A stretch of DNA of 32,321 nt from an uncultured Thermoplasmatales archaeon (lineage in GTDB: Archaea; Thermoplasmatota; E2; UBA202; DSCA01). The translations under genes and the position numbers were made by a program. Each line of letters opens with the position of its first letter. Within the stretch, counting starts at the first letter, position 1. Of this stretch, positions 6,174-14,493 are shown piece by piece. A model generated the notes under the pieces. That model did no database searches. It was not told the origin of the DNA and was given only the letters and a program-made list of their open reading frames with translations. The stretch is from contig CAZHBO010000001.1 of NCBI GenBank assembly GCA_964530745.1, positions 1 through 32,321 of the forward strand, given 5' to 3'.

Positions 6174-8240
6174 TTATTTAATCATTCTATTGTAGCAATT
6201 TTCTGGCTCATATGGGTTGAAAGCGGGGTCACCATAAAGTACACGGGCATACTTTGTGGGTGGAGCATCGAAAATTTTTGCATGAAGCAAAGCTTCTCCA
6301 ATACTAGTATTATTTTTTATAAGGCAGTCCTCGATTATTTCAAGCTCCGCCTCTTTTCCCGTTTCCCTTGTTGCTCCTATGAAGGCTGCTGCTCCTGCAT
6401 GGATGAAGGATAGAGCTATATTCTCATCTAGTGGTATTCCATCTATTCTCCCCATGAGACAGGCAGAAGTGAGAATTAAGCTGGGTTGCATGTTAAAATG
6501 TTTAGCATGACTGGAATCAACCTCCTTGTTGTAGGAATTTATGCCATATATGTTGGAAAACATCCAGTACCAGTCACCATGTCCCTCATACTCAATATAA
6601 TTTGCATCAAAAGCATTCAGTTTTTCCAGCATGGGACGGCTATTCCTCAAATCCCCAAAAATTTTGGTAGAAAAGCCATACTGAGATGCCACTTTTGAGT
6701 AAGGAATCTGGTGGAATATGCCACCTGTTTCACCGAAGCCTTCGCCGAATATAAATGTAAAATTTTTCATCCATTCTCCATGGCATATTTTATCATAAAA
6801 AAGACTCCTGCTTATTAAAAGAGATGCATCAACATCATCAATGGCTATTATCCTGCCAGCTGCAACACTAAAATTCAAAAAATAGGGATTGTCTGAGGGT
6901 ATGCCAAAACCAACATATTCATCTCCTCCGCCATCATAATAATACATGGGAATCATATTTGTATCTCCCACCACCGCTACCCATTTTGCATCCTCTATAT
7001 ACCTTTCAATTTTTTTCACGGTTTTATTGAGCTGGCTATTTACATATTTCTGTAATTCATAATTATTCCAGGCACCACCAGCTGTTCCACTAGCAATTTC
7101 TGCATATTCATTGGTAGTTATTTCGTTTTGGGCAGAAATTACCATGCCATCGTGATATGCCGCGAGATAGGGAGCAAGCTTTGAAATACTTGCCAATGGC
7201 AAATGAGGGGAGGCAAGGCTTTCCAACTCAACTGTAACATTGAAGGATGTATCAACGTAAGAAAAGCCCCTCTGCAAAAAATAGCCTCCTTTAAACCCAT
7301 GATAAATTCTTACTGAAAGCCTATACCTTCCTTCATCATTTATTGATAATGCATCCATATAGCATTTCTGAAAACCATAGGCATTGCTGAATGAATATGT
7401 GACCATTTTGCCATTTCCATCATAAAGGACGGAGGATATGACATATGGTGCCCAATCTTTTTTCTTCACGCTCATCAAAACTTTGATTCTGTTTATACCA
7501 CTAGGAACGAATATGTTAAATTTTTCCTCATCTTTGCCTATAATATTTATTCTGTGTGAAAATATCGTCAGCTGAAGGTTTTTTATGTGCCCATCAAAAT
7601 TCATTTTTTGCTTTTCCATCACATCTGGCTTTATTTCATCATCGGGATTTGCCACAGCAATATATCTTATGTCCTTAATATTTGATATGTAATCATATAT
7701 CTCCCTCTCATTTTGTAGGTGAATGTTTCCGATGGGTACACTTCCGATGGCGATAACATTTTCTGCCCGTAATTCATTAATGGCAGAGAGGATTTCATCA
7801 TCATTGTCATCATAAAGCAATATGGGGGCATCGAGATAACATGCCAATGGTGTGGCTATCATAGAAAGATTGTACTCCTCCATATTACATGGCATGATAA
7901 CAACATTACTGCTTTTTCCAAAAAATTTTGCAATTTTTAGAGCCACGGAGATTGCGTTCCCTAAAAACTCTTCATGAGGCACAGAAGTATCAATATGTTT
8001 CCCTATAATAATTAACTTTTCAGCATTATAATCATCAATGAATTTTTGCTGAGCTGTTAGATTATTCTTAAAAACAATCATTGGCGCCTTATTTTCGTGA
8101 AAAGCAAGAGGTGTCGAGATTAATGTATAAAAGGCATCATCATATACTAAAATAATTTCTTTTCCTTTTACAGATAAACTGTTGGCAGAAAAATTTATTG
8201 AAAGAAGAAGGAAGATAACTAGTATTGCCCACTTTTTCAT
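6174..8240 (-). CDS. Secreted peptidase C25 (gingipain/clostripain-fold)-like protein with two N-terminal CWB2-like repeats
   Basis: 688 aa. The signal peptide is MKKWAILVIFLLLSINFSANS. Two repeats resemble cell-wall-binding repeat 2: TPLAFHENKAPMIVF...AEKLIIIGK and ATPLACYLDAPILLYDD...AENVIAIGS. C25-like blocks are present: VVGDTNMIPMYY, IPSDNPY and AAGRI. The putative catalytic His in YEGHGDW was verified as a CAT codon at 6579-6581. The putative catalytic Cys in LTSACLMG was verified as a TGT codon at 6459-6461. The C-terminal block is LYGDPAF. Confidence 0.75.
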   Translation of the reverse strand: MKKWAILVIFLLLSINFSANSLSVKGKEIILVYDDAFYTLISTPLAFHENKAPMIVFKNNLTAQQKFIDDYNAEKLIIIGKHIDTSVPHEEFLGNAISVALKIAKFFGKSSNVVIMPCNMEEYNLSMIATPLACYLDAPILLYDDNDDEILSAINELRAENVIAIGSVPIGNIHLQNEREIYDYISNIKDIRYIAVANPDDEIKPDVMEKQKMNFDGHIKNLQLTIFSHRINIIGKDEEKFNIFVPSGINRIKVLMSVKKKDWAPYVISSVLYDGNGKMVTYSFSNAYGFQKCYMDALSINDEGRYRLSVRIYHGFKGGYFLQRGFSYVDTSFNVTVELESLASPHLPLASISKLAPYLAAYHDGMVISAQNEITTNEYAEIASGTAGGAWNNYELQKYVNSQLNKTVKKIERYIEDAKWVAVVGDTNMIPMYYYDGGGDEYVGFGIPSDNPYFLNFSVAAGRIIAIDDVDASLLISRSLFYDKICHGEWMKNFTFIFGEGFGETGGIFHQIPYSKVASQYGFSTKIFGDLRNSRPMLEKLNAFDANYIEYEGHGDWYWMFSNIYGINSYNKEVDSSHAKHFNMQPSLILTSACLMGRIDGIPLDENIALSFIHAGAAAFIGATRETGKEAELEIIEDCLIKNNTSIGEALLHAKIFDAPPTKYARVLYGDPAFNPYEPENCYNRMIK

Positions 8241-8262
8241 TTTAGGGGTTAATTGTCAAGAA

Positions 8263-8270
8263 TATATAAA
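8263..8270 (-). promoter_or_regulatory. TATA box (TTTATATA on the minus strand) for the 6174-8240 peptidase gene
   Basis: The plus-strand TATATAAA at 8263-8270 reads TTTATATA on the minus strand. It lies about 23 nt upstream of the ATG at 8240, which implies a leaderless or near-leaderless transcript. Confidence 0.4.
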
Positions 8271-8339
8271 TATACTGCATCGCCACAGCCAAAATGAAGG
8301 AAACATTTTAAAAGAATAAACGTTTTACCATAAAGATAG

Positions 8340-10841
8340 ATGGGTGAAAAAATGGAAAATGCAGAAAAAATGAAGGCATTATTCATTACATTTCTTGTTA
8401 TCATAGGAAGTATTTCATTTTCCTTTGTTGCCCCAAAAACTTCTGGGGAAGGAAATATTCTTTATGTTGCTGCCGATGGAACAGCAGATTATACAAGCAT
8501 TCAGGATGCCATCAACGCTGCAAGCGATGGAGATACAATTTTTGTTTTTAGTGGCACATACTACGAAAACATAGTGATCGACAAATCGATAAGTTTGATT
8601 GGCGAAGATAGAAATAATACAATTATTGATGGCTCTGGCGTGGGGGATGTAGTCAATATCACTGCTGAATGGGTAAATATTTCTGGATTTACGATAAGGA
8701 ATAGTGGAGGAGGATCGTATGCTGGAATAGAGATGTATTCTTCATTCAATGTGATTTACAATTGTAATATTTCAAACAACAATGCAGGCATATATGTTTA
8801 TAACTCAACCAACAATTCAATTCATGATTGCAATGTTTACCTAAATAACTGGGATGGAATTTCACTATATAATTCAAGTAACAATATAATTTATAATTGT
8901 AGTGTTTCAGATAATCAAAATGGTATAAATGTGATAAATTCTTCAAACAACAATACAATTTATAATTGCAATATTTCAGATAATTATTACAGCATATTCA
9001 TGTATTACTCAGATAAAAATACGATATCAAATTGTAAGGTTATGAATAATTATCATGGAATTTGGATACAGAAATCAGAGAATAACACTATATTTAAAAA
9101 TATTATCAGCTTTAATACTGTAAAGGGAATGAATTTACTTGAATCCAGCAATAATAACCAAATTCACAATAACAACTTTGTGGATAACACTCAGCAAGCA
9201 TATGATGAATGCAACAATGCATGGGACAATGGTTATGAAGGGAACTATTGGTCAAATTTTGACGAGCCGAGTGAGGGAGCATGGGATAACAACAGCGATG
9301 GAATAGTGGATAGCCCATACAACATATCTGGCGGAATCAACCAGGATAGATATCCATTGATAAATCCTCTTGATTTTATTCCTCCTTTTTCTAGTTGCAT
9401 GATTAGTGGGAGCATGGGCAACGATGGATGGTATGTAAGCAATGTCAGCATTGAACTCTCTGCCATAGATAATGAGTCTAGCGTAAACTTTACAATGTAT
9501 AGCATAGATGGCGGCGAATGGCTGGAATATGCAAAACCATTCAACATCTCCAATGATGGTATCCATTATATAAAATTCTATTCTGTAGATGTGCATGGCA
9601 ATAAAGAAAAGTCGAGAACAAAAGAAATAAAAATAGACAAGACAGCACCAGCCCTTTCATATTACCTTCAGCCCAATGAGCCAGATGGAGAAAATGGATG
9701 GTATTTGGGGAATGTGGAAGTTACAATATCGGCAAATGATAATGTATCTGGGGTATCCTCTATATTATACAAAATCGACGACGGCGTATGGAAAGCATAT
9801 ACTGGCTATTTCCTCATTACTACGGAAGGCTCCCATTCCTTTTTCCTCTCTGCCACGGACTATGCAGGAAATACTCTCACAAAAAATACAACAATAAAGA
9901 TAGATGGAAATCCTCCTTTTGTATCTGTTTTTTCATTGCCAGAGTTTGTTAAAGGAGAAACTCAGATAAAGTGGACTGCAAATGATGATGTTGATGATAA
10001 CCTAAATCAAAGCATCTCCATTTATTTGTTGCAGGATAATGAAAGCATAGAGATCGCAACTGGTTTAAATAACACAGGCACCTATGAATGGGACACTTTG
10101 TCGTTCCCTGATTTCTCATCATGCATGATAAAGATAATTGCGGAAGATGATGCTGGCAACGTTGGCTTCAATCTCTCAAACCAATTTGTTTTAGACAACA
10201 CACCTCCAAACATTGATATTATACAACCTGTGGGCGGTGATGTTCTTGGCGGAAATATGCTGAGTATATTTTGGAATGCTAGCGATAATATAGATACTAA
10301 CCTCGATACCATATGGATAGAATATAATGATGGGGATACATGGAAAACAATTGCAAAGAATATTCAAAATACTGCTACTGGTTATGAATATAACATCCAA
10401 GATTGGGAGAATGGAAATTATAGAATAAAAATAAATGCAACAGATGATGCAGGAAATGAAGGCATAGATATCTCGGGCAATTTCACCATTGATAGAGAAC
10501 CGCCAACAGTAAAAATAACAAAGCCGAAGAGTGGATATCTTTACATAAATCTTATGGAAAAGGAAATACTCCCGCCAATCCCAATTTCATTTATTCCCTC
10601 TCCATACAATACAATAATCGTTGGTAAAATAACTATTGATGTATCGGCCACAGATGAGTTCTCGGAGATAAACAATGTTACAATTTTTGCAGGAAATAAT
10701 ACAATAGATATTTTAAAGCCACCTTATACATATGAATGGAACTGTCCTCTTGGAAAACAAAATATAAAGGCGGTGGCATATGATAGAGCAGGAAATGTGG
10801 GTTCTGCAGAGCTTAAAAACATATTATGCATTAATGCATAG
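8340..10841 (+). CDS. Secreted surface protein: NosD-type right-handed parallel beta-helix followed by five Ig-like modules
   Basis: 833 aa with a hydrophobic signal-like N-terminus (MKALFITFLVIIGSISFSFVA). The motif YTSIQDAINAASDGDTIFVFSGTYYENIVIDKSISLIGE, repeated PbH1 units and the closing motif GNYWSNF...DGIVDSPYNI....DRYPL are typical of NosD-domain archaeal surface proteins. Ig-like modules follow, each delimited by an ..D.TPP / ..DREPP boundary. The true start could be the ATG at 8340, 8352 or 8370. Confidence 0.8.
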   Translation: MGEKMENAEKMKALFITFLVIIGSISFSFVAPKTSGEGNILYVAADGTADYTSIQDAINAASDGDTIFVFSGTYYENIVIDKSISLIGEDRNNTIIDGSGVGDVVNITAEWVNISGFTIRNSGGGSYAGIEMYSSFNVIYNCNISNNNAGIYVYNSTNNSIHDCNVYLNNWDGISLYNSSNNIIYNCSVSDNQNGINVINSSNNNTIYNCNISDNYYSIFMYYSDKNTISNCKVMNNYHGIWIQKSENNTIFKNIISFNTVKGMNLLESSNNNQIHNNNFVDNTQQAYDECNNAWDNGYEGNYWSNFDEPSEGAWDNNSDGIVDSPYNISGGINQDRYPLINPLDFIPPFSSCMISGSMGNDGWYVSNVSIELSAIDNESSVNFTMYSIDGGEWLEYAKPFNISNDGIHYIKFYSVDVHGNKEKSRTKEIKIDKTAPALSYYLQPNEPDGENGWYLGNVEVTISANDNVSGVSSILYKIDDGVWKAYTGYFLITTEGSHSFFLSATDYAGNTLTKNTTIKIDGNPPFVSVFSLPEFVKGETQIKWTANDDVDDNLNQSISIYLLQDNESIEIATGLNNTGTYEWDTLSFPDFSSCMIKIIAEDDAGNVGFNLSNQFVLDNTPPNIDIIQPVGGDVLGGNMLSIFWNASDNIDTNLDTIWIEYNDGDTWKTIAKNIQNTATGYEYNIQDWENGNYRIKINATDDAGNEGIDISGNFTIDREPPTVKITKPKSGYLYINLMEKEILPPIPISFIPSPYNTIIVGKITIDVSATDEFSEINNVTIFAGNNTIDILKPPYTYEWNCPLGKQNIKAVAYDRAGNVGSAELKNILCINA
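8745..9182 (+). repeat. Tandem protein-level PbH1 (parallel beta-helix) repeats, about 22-24 aa each, Asn-rich
   Basis: Repeated units of the form N.I.NC.(I/V)S.N..GI.(V/L)..S.NN, for example IYNCNISNNNAGIYVYNSTNNS, IHDCNVYLNNWDGISLYNSSNN and IIYNCSVSDNQNGINVINSSNNN. The repeats are degenerate at the DNA level. Confidence 0.7.
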
Positions 10842-11843
10842 TCATAAAATCTGGTCAAACTCGTAGTTTTCCCAATCTCTTTCGCCAAAAATTATTTCTG
10901 CTTCAATGGGAGTAAGCAGCGGTTTTTTGTAAATTTCAGCATCATCAATGGCAATTCTTGGGCATGCTGTTGAGATAAAAAAGTCAATATCCAAATAATC
11001 AATTTTTTCTGGGGAAACAACATTTGCTGAAAAGAGATATGCAGAAAATCCTTTCTCCTGTGCCATTTTTTTTAGCCTCCTTGCAAGCTCCAATCTTTGC
11101 TGTCCCAGTTTTTCACCAATGATTATTCCAATTTTTTCTCCATTCATTGCCTTTGCAACAATTGCATATCTCTTTTTCAAAATTTCATTCTTCATATGCT
11201 TTATTTCGTCCTTCATTACTTTTCCCTGAGATGGGTTTGCAACAATGACTTCTTTTTCAGTTGCTAGGGACAAGCCAAGGGGGTGAAAAAAGCCATCTCC
11301 AATATAAAGAAATGAATCCACAAGAGAAGATATAGATGTAGCTGCGCTCAAATCACATCCAAGGACTTGCCCATCATATGCTGTCCTTCTTCCTTTTTTT
11401 CCTACGACAGGAATAAATCCTCCCTTTTTCAGAATTTCGAAGCTTTTTTTTAATTGAGGTATGTAAGGCGTTATAGTTGTTATCCCTATTTCTTTTCCTT
11501 CCAACAAAGGAATTGCTTTTTTTATTACTTCTTCAACATCATATGGGGCATATACTTCCAAAAAATCAACAGGCAATAGATATAATTTCCTTAGATATGG
11601 CATCTCAGCCTCACCAATGTAGATTATTTTATCTACATCCATTTCTCCATGAAAATCGCATGCTCCATAGCATGTATTTGCTGAAATGATCACTTCCTTC
11701 CCCCTTTCCTCCAAAAAATCAGAAATTTTTTTAGATAAATGTTGCAATCCATCTGGAATTTTTATGAGCAATCTTCTGCAACCCTCGCATTTTTTTTCTA
11801 AAAGGCGAAGGTCTATTTCATGATACAATTTTTGTTTCATCAT
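10842..11843 (-). CDS. dph2: Diphthamide biosynthesis enzyme Dph2 (2-(3-amino-3-carboxypropyl)histidine synthase)
   Basis: 333 aa. The sequence Y.IDL.....+......+.+.++.PdGL......I..fLe..g.ev.I....CYGACD is the archaeal Dph2 N-terminal signature. The conserved Cys-containing blocks LGCD and STACPRIA are present. Its start overlaps the hpt 3' end by 26 nt. Confidence 0.85.
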   Translation of the reverse strand: MMKQKLYHEIDLRLLEKKCEGCRRLLIKIPDGLQHLSKKISDFLEERGKEVIISANTCYGACDFHGEMDVDKIIYIGEAEMPYLRKLYLLPVDFLEVYAPYDVEEVIKKAIPLLEGKEIGITTITPYIPQLKKSFEILKKGGFIPVVGKKGRRTAYDGQVLGCDLSAATSISSLVDSFLYIGDGFFHPLGLSLATEKEVIVANPSQGKVMKDEIKHMKNEILKKRYAIVAKAMNGEKIGIIIGEKLGQQRLELARRLKKMAQEKGFSAYLFSANVVSPEKIDYLDIDFFISTACPRIAIDDAEIYKKPLLTPIEAEIIFGERDWENYEFDQIL

Positions 11844-12360
11844 TTACTTCAATTGTGACTAAAACATCTATTTTCATTCCCACCTTTTTTTCCAGTTCCT
11901 CAATATTTCCTTTGTTAATAGCAATGAATATTTTTTTTATCTCGACCCCCATTTTTTTTAGGGCTGAGACAACAGCAGATAAAGTGCCTCCTGTGCTTAT
12001 AACATCATCAACGATAACGACACTCTCTCCCCTCTCAATTCCATTTATAAACAAGCGGGAATGGGAATATCCTGTCATTTGTTCAACAGATATTTCTCCA
12101 GGAAGTCCATATCGCCTTTTTCTGATTATTGTGAAGGGAATTTTCGTTTCCAATGATAAAGCTGTCGCAATTGGTATCCCCATTGCTTCCATGGTGACAA
12201 TTTTATCACATTCTGGCATCTTTTCCTTTATTTTTTTGATTACTTCCACAAGCAAATCAGGCTCAATCTTTGGTATGCCATCTGTTAAAGGATGAACAAC
12301 ATATGAATAATCTCCTTTCTTAACAATTGGTGCTTCTTTCAACGATTCTATTAGCTTCAT
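11818..12360 (-). CDS. hpt: Hypoxanthine/guanine phosphoribosyltransferase, archaeal type
   Basis: 180 aa. The archaeal Hpt signature is LKEAPIVKKGDYSYVVHPLTDGIPKIEP. The PRPP-binding loop is VVIVDDVISTGGT. An ATGA overlap joins it to the mfnA stop. Confidence 0.82.
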   Translation of the reverse strand: MKLIESLKEAPIVKKGDYSYVVHPLTDGIPKIEPDLLVEVIKKIKEKMPECDKIVTMEAMGIPIATALSLETKIPFTIIRKRRYGLPGEISVEQMTGYSHSRLFINGIERGESVVIVDDVISTGGTLSAVVSALKKMGVEIKKIFIAINKGNIEELEKKVGMKIDVLVTIEVNDETKIVS

Positions 12361-13487
12361 TCTATCACTTCCTGCAAATCAGAAAGGAATGCCCCTATTA
12401 ATTTCTTTTTAACATGTGGCATAACAACAATTCTTATAGCATTATTTTCCTCATCTACACCCACTTTCCATTTTCTTTCAGCCAAATCCATTGCCACTTT
12501 CCTTGCATCAGAAACTTTTATGGACAAAATGTTCATCTCAGGCTCAGCAATCAATTTCATCCCTCTTTTTTTTATTTCCATTGCCATCTCCATCGTTAAT
12601 TTCATGCATTTTTTAACCACCTCTTTATATCCTTCCTTCCCAAAATATTTCATTACAGCATAAGTGGCTGCGGCAGATGCGCCAGGTCTTGTTCCCAACA
12701 ATGAGAAATGCATCCTTGTATGAGTGCAGGGTGATTTAACGGAGATAAAATCAAGCATGCTTTTTTTTCTTACTAGAAAGCATCCTGATGGAATGACGGA
12801 GAGACCCATTTTGTGAGGGTCTATTGCAATGCTTTTTACGCCATCCACTTCAAAATCGAATTTTTTATTTGTGTATCCAAGTTCTTTTAAAAAAGGTATG
12901 ACAAAGCCTCCGAAAGCTGCATCAACGTGGAGAGGTACGCCCTTTTTTTCGCATATCTCACCAATTTCTTCTATTGGATCTATTAATCCTAGGTTTGTTG
13001 TCCCTGCCACTGCAACGACACATGCAGTATTGTCGCTGATTCCCTTTTTTAATGCCTGCACATCCATTACATGCTTCTTTGATTTTATCACTTTGAGCTT
13101 TACATCCATTAGTGAGGAAGCTTTTTGAAATGAAAAATGGGCATGCTCAGGCACAATTACTTCTTTCCTTTTCATCATTTTTTTGTAAATCCACAATGCA
13201 GTGAGATTTCCTTCTGTACCTCCCGCTACCATTTTTCCATAGAAGCCAGGAGGGGCATGAAGCATGTTTCCAATCATTCCCACAACTTCGTCCTCTATCT
13301 TCTTTGTACCTGGAAAAATTCCGGGGTCTCCAAGGTTTGTTTCTATAAACATTTTGTATGCTTCAATTGCTATGGGATGCGGCTGTGTGCACATTGAGCC
13401 AAGTATACGCCCTGATGAAAAACTGAAATCCTTTGCATGGGCATCGCTCAATTCCTTAAACAATTCCTCTTTGTTTTTCTTTTCCAC
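12357..13487 (-). CDS. mfnA: PLP-dependent L-tyrosine/L-aspartate decarboxylase MfnA
   Basis: 376 aa. Group II decarboxylase blocks are GSMCTQPHP, GGTEGNL and HVDAAFGG, with the PLP-lysine motif DPHKMG. The start codon is GTG (plus-strand CAC at 13485-13487). The N-terminal length before GSMC matches MfnA homologs. Confidence 0.85.
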   Translation of the reverse strand: MEKKNKEELFKELSDAHAKDFSFSSGRILGSMCTQPHPIAIEAYKMFIETNLGDPGIFPGTKKIEDEVVGMIGNMLHAPPGFYGKMVAGGTEGNLTALWIYKKMMKRKEVIVPEHAHFSFQKASSLMDVKLKVIKSKKHVMDVQALKKGISDNTACVVAVAGTTNLGLIDPIEEIGEICEKKGVPLHVDAAFGGFVIPFLKELGYTNKKFDFEVDGVKSIAIDPHKMGLSVIPSGCFLVRKKSMLDFISVKSPCTHTRMHFSLLGTRPGASAAATYAVMKYFGKEGYKEVVKKCMKLTMEMAMEIKKRGMKLIAEPEMNILSIKVSDARKVAMDLAERKWKVGVDEENNAIRIVVMPHVKKKLIGAFLSDLQEVIE

Positions 13488-13520
13488 ATTGATTGAATAT
13501 GAAATTGTGTAAAAATCTTT

Positions 13521-14492
13521 TCATGTGCTGTCTGCAAACATCAGTCCTTCTTTATTTTGTAATGTAAGGGTGGGAGTCTTTGGCTTAAATGTCTTTCTTG
13601 CTTTTTTATCATATTCTTCCTCTCCCATCTCTTCCAATATTTTCCTCCCTTTCTCTATTTGTTGCAGGATGCTTTTGTTTATTGTTGCCACTGTACCTGG
13701 TGCTATCTTTTTCATCAAAATCTTTGATGCCATTCCTAAACCAAGTGGCAATGACTCCATTCTCATAATAGTTCCAGGCAAAGCAAAAAATCTTACACCA
13801 ATCGGGTCATCCCCAAGTTTCGTTATAGGAATGCCAGCAGCAGCCTGCCTTTCTGGCGTAGGAGCAACATCTGCAGTTAGCCATTCATCATTGATGTATA
13901 CCTCCGCTTCTCCATGCATCATGAAATACCCCATTGCATCATACCATTTTTTCATGATTGGATCAACAGCCACCAATGTATCGTACCACATTTGAATCAT
14001 GGACAATGCATATAATTTATAACGTGCTTTTATCCCAGCACACCTGCATAGTGCAACATATAAATTCAACATATGAAGGCATGTCCCTGCCCCTCTTTTT
14101 AAAGTCGCTACTGCATCTTCCATGGGTCTTATTTCCAGAATGACCTTTCTTTTAACAAATTCAAAGGCATCATTTGCATATTCCCATGCATCTTTTTCAA
14201 AAGCACCAAGCTCGTGAGCCATTGCAATGATTTCTTTTGCATGAGGATTGCAGTAAAGGGTTGGACGCAAATATTTCTCATTTGAATTACAATATTTCAT
14301 TCCATTCTTATACTCTGGTATTTCATAGGATGGCTTTGGTGCTTCATAGTGAGCAGCATATCTTGCTTTCTTTAACCCACCTAAATTTGTAATCAATACT
14401 TTTGAAAGAGATAGGGTTCCTTTTATTAGCAATTTCACCATTGGCGCTGGAGGAATGTATCCCTTTTCTTTTATCTCCCCTATCTTTGTCAT
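13521..14492 (-). CDS. Transglutaminase-fold (papain-like Cys-His-Asp) protein
   Basis: 323 aa. The sequence RGAGTCLHMLNLYVALCRCAGIKARY matches the transglutaminase-core Cys motif (G.C..fa.l..al.R..GIpAR). The Cys codon TGC was verified at 14079-14081. The downstream HGEAEVYINDEWLTADV matches the H..vEvy....W...D motif that supplies the His and Asp. Confidence 0.75.
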   Translation of the reverse strand: MTKIGEIKEKGYIPPAPMVKLLIKGTLSLSKVLITNLGGLKKARYAAHYEAPKPSYEIPEYKNGMKYCNSNEKYLRPTLYCNPHAKEIIAMAHELGAFEKDAWEYANDAFEFVKRKVILEIRPMEDAVATLKRGAGTCLHMLNLYVALCRCAGIKARYKLYALSMIQMWYDTLVAVDPIMKKWYDAMGYFMMHGEAEVYINDEWLTADVAPTPERQAAAGIPITKLGDDPIGVRFFALPGTIMRMESLPLGLGMASKILMKKIAPGTVATINKSILQQIEKGRKILEEMGEEEYDKKARKTFKPKTPTLTLQNKEGLMFADST

Positions 14493-14493
14493 T

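Noticed and set aside
8745-9182. The highly repetitive Asn-rich stretch, considered as a possible DNA tandem repeat or contingency locus.
   Set aside because: The periodicity is at the protein level (PbH1 beta-helix coils of about 22-24 aa). The DNA copies are divergent, with no long exact repeats, so this is an ordinary beta-helix domain rather than a slippage-prone repeat.
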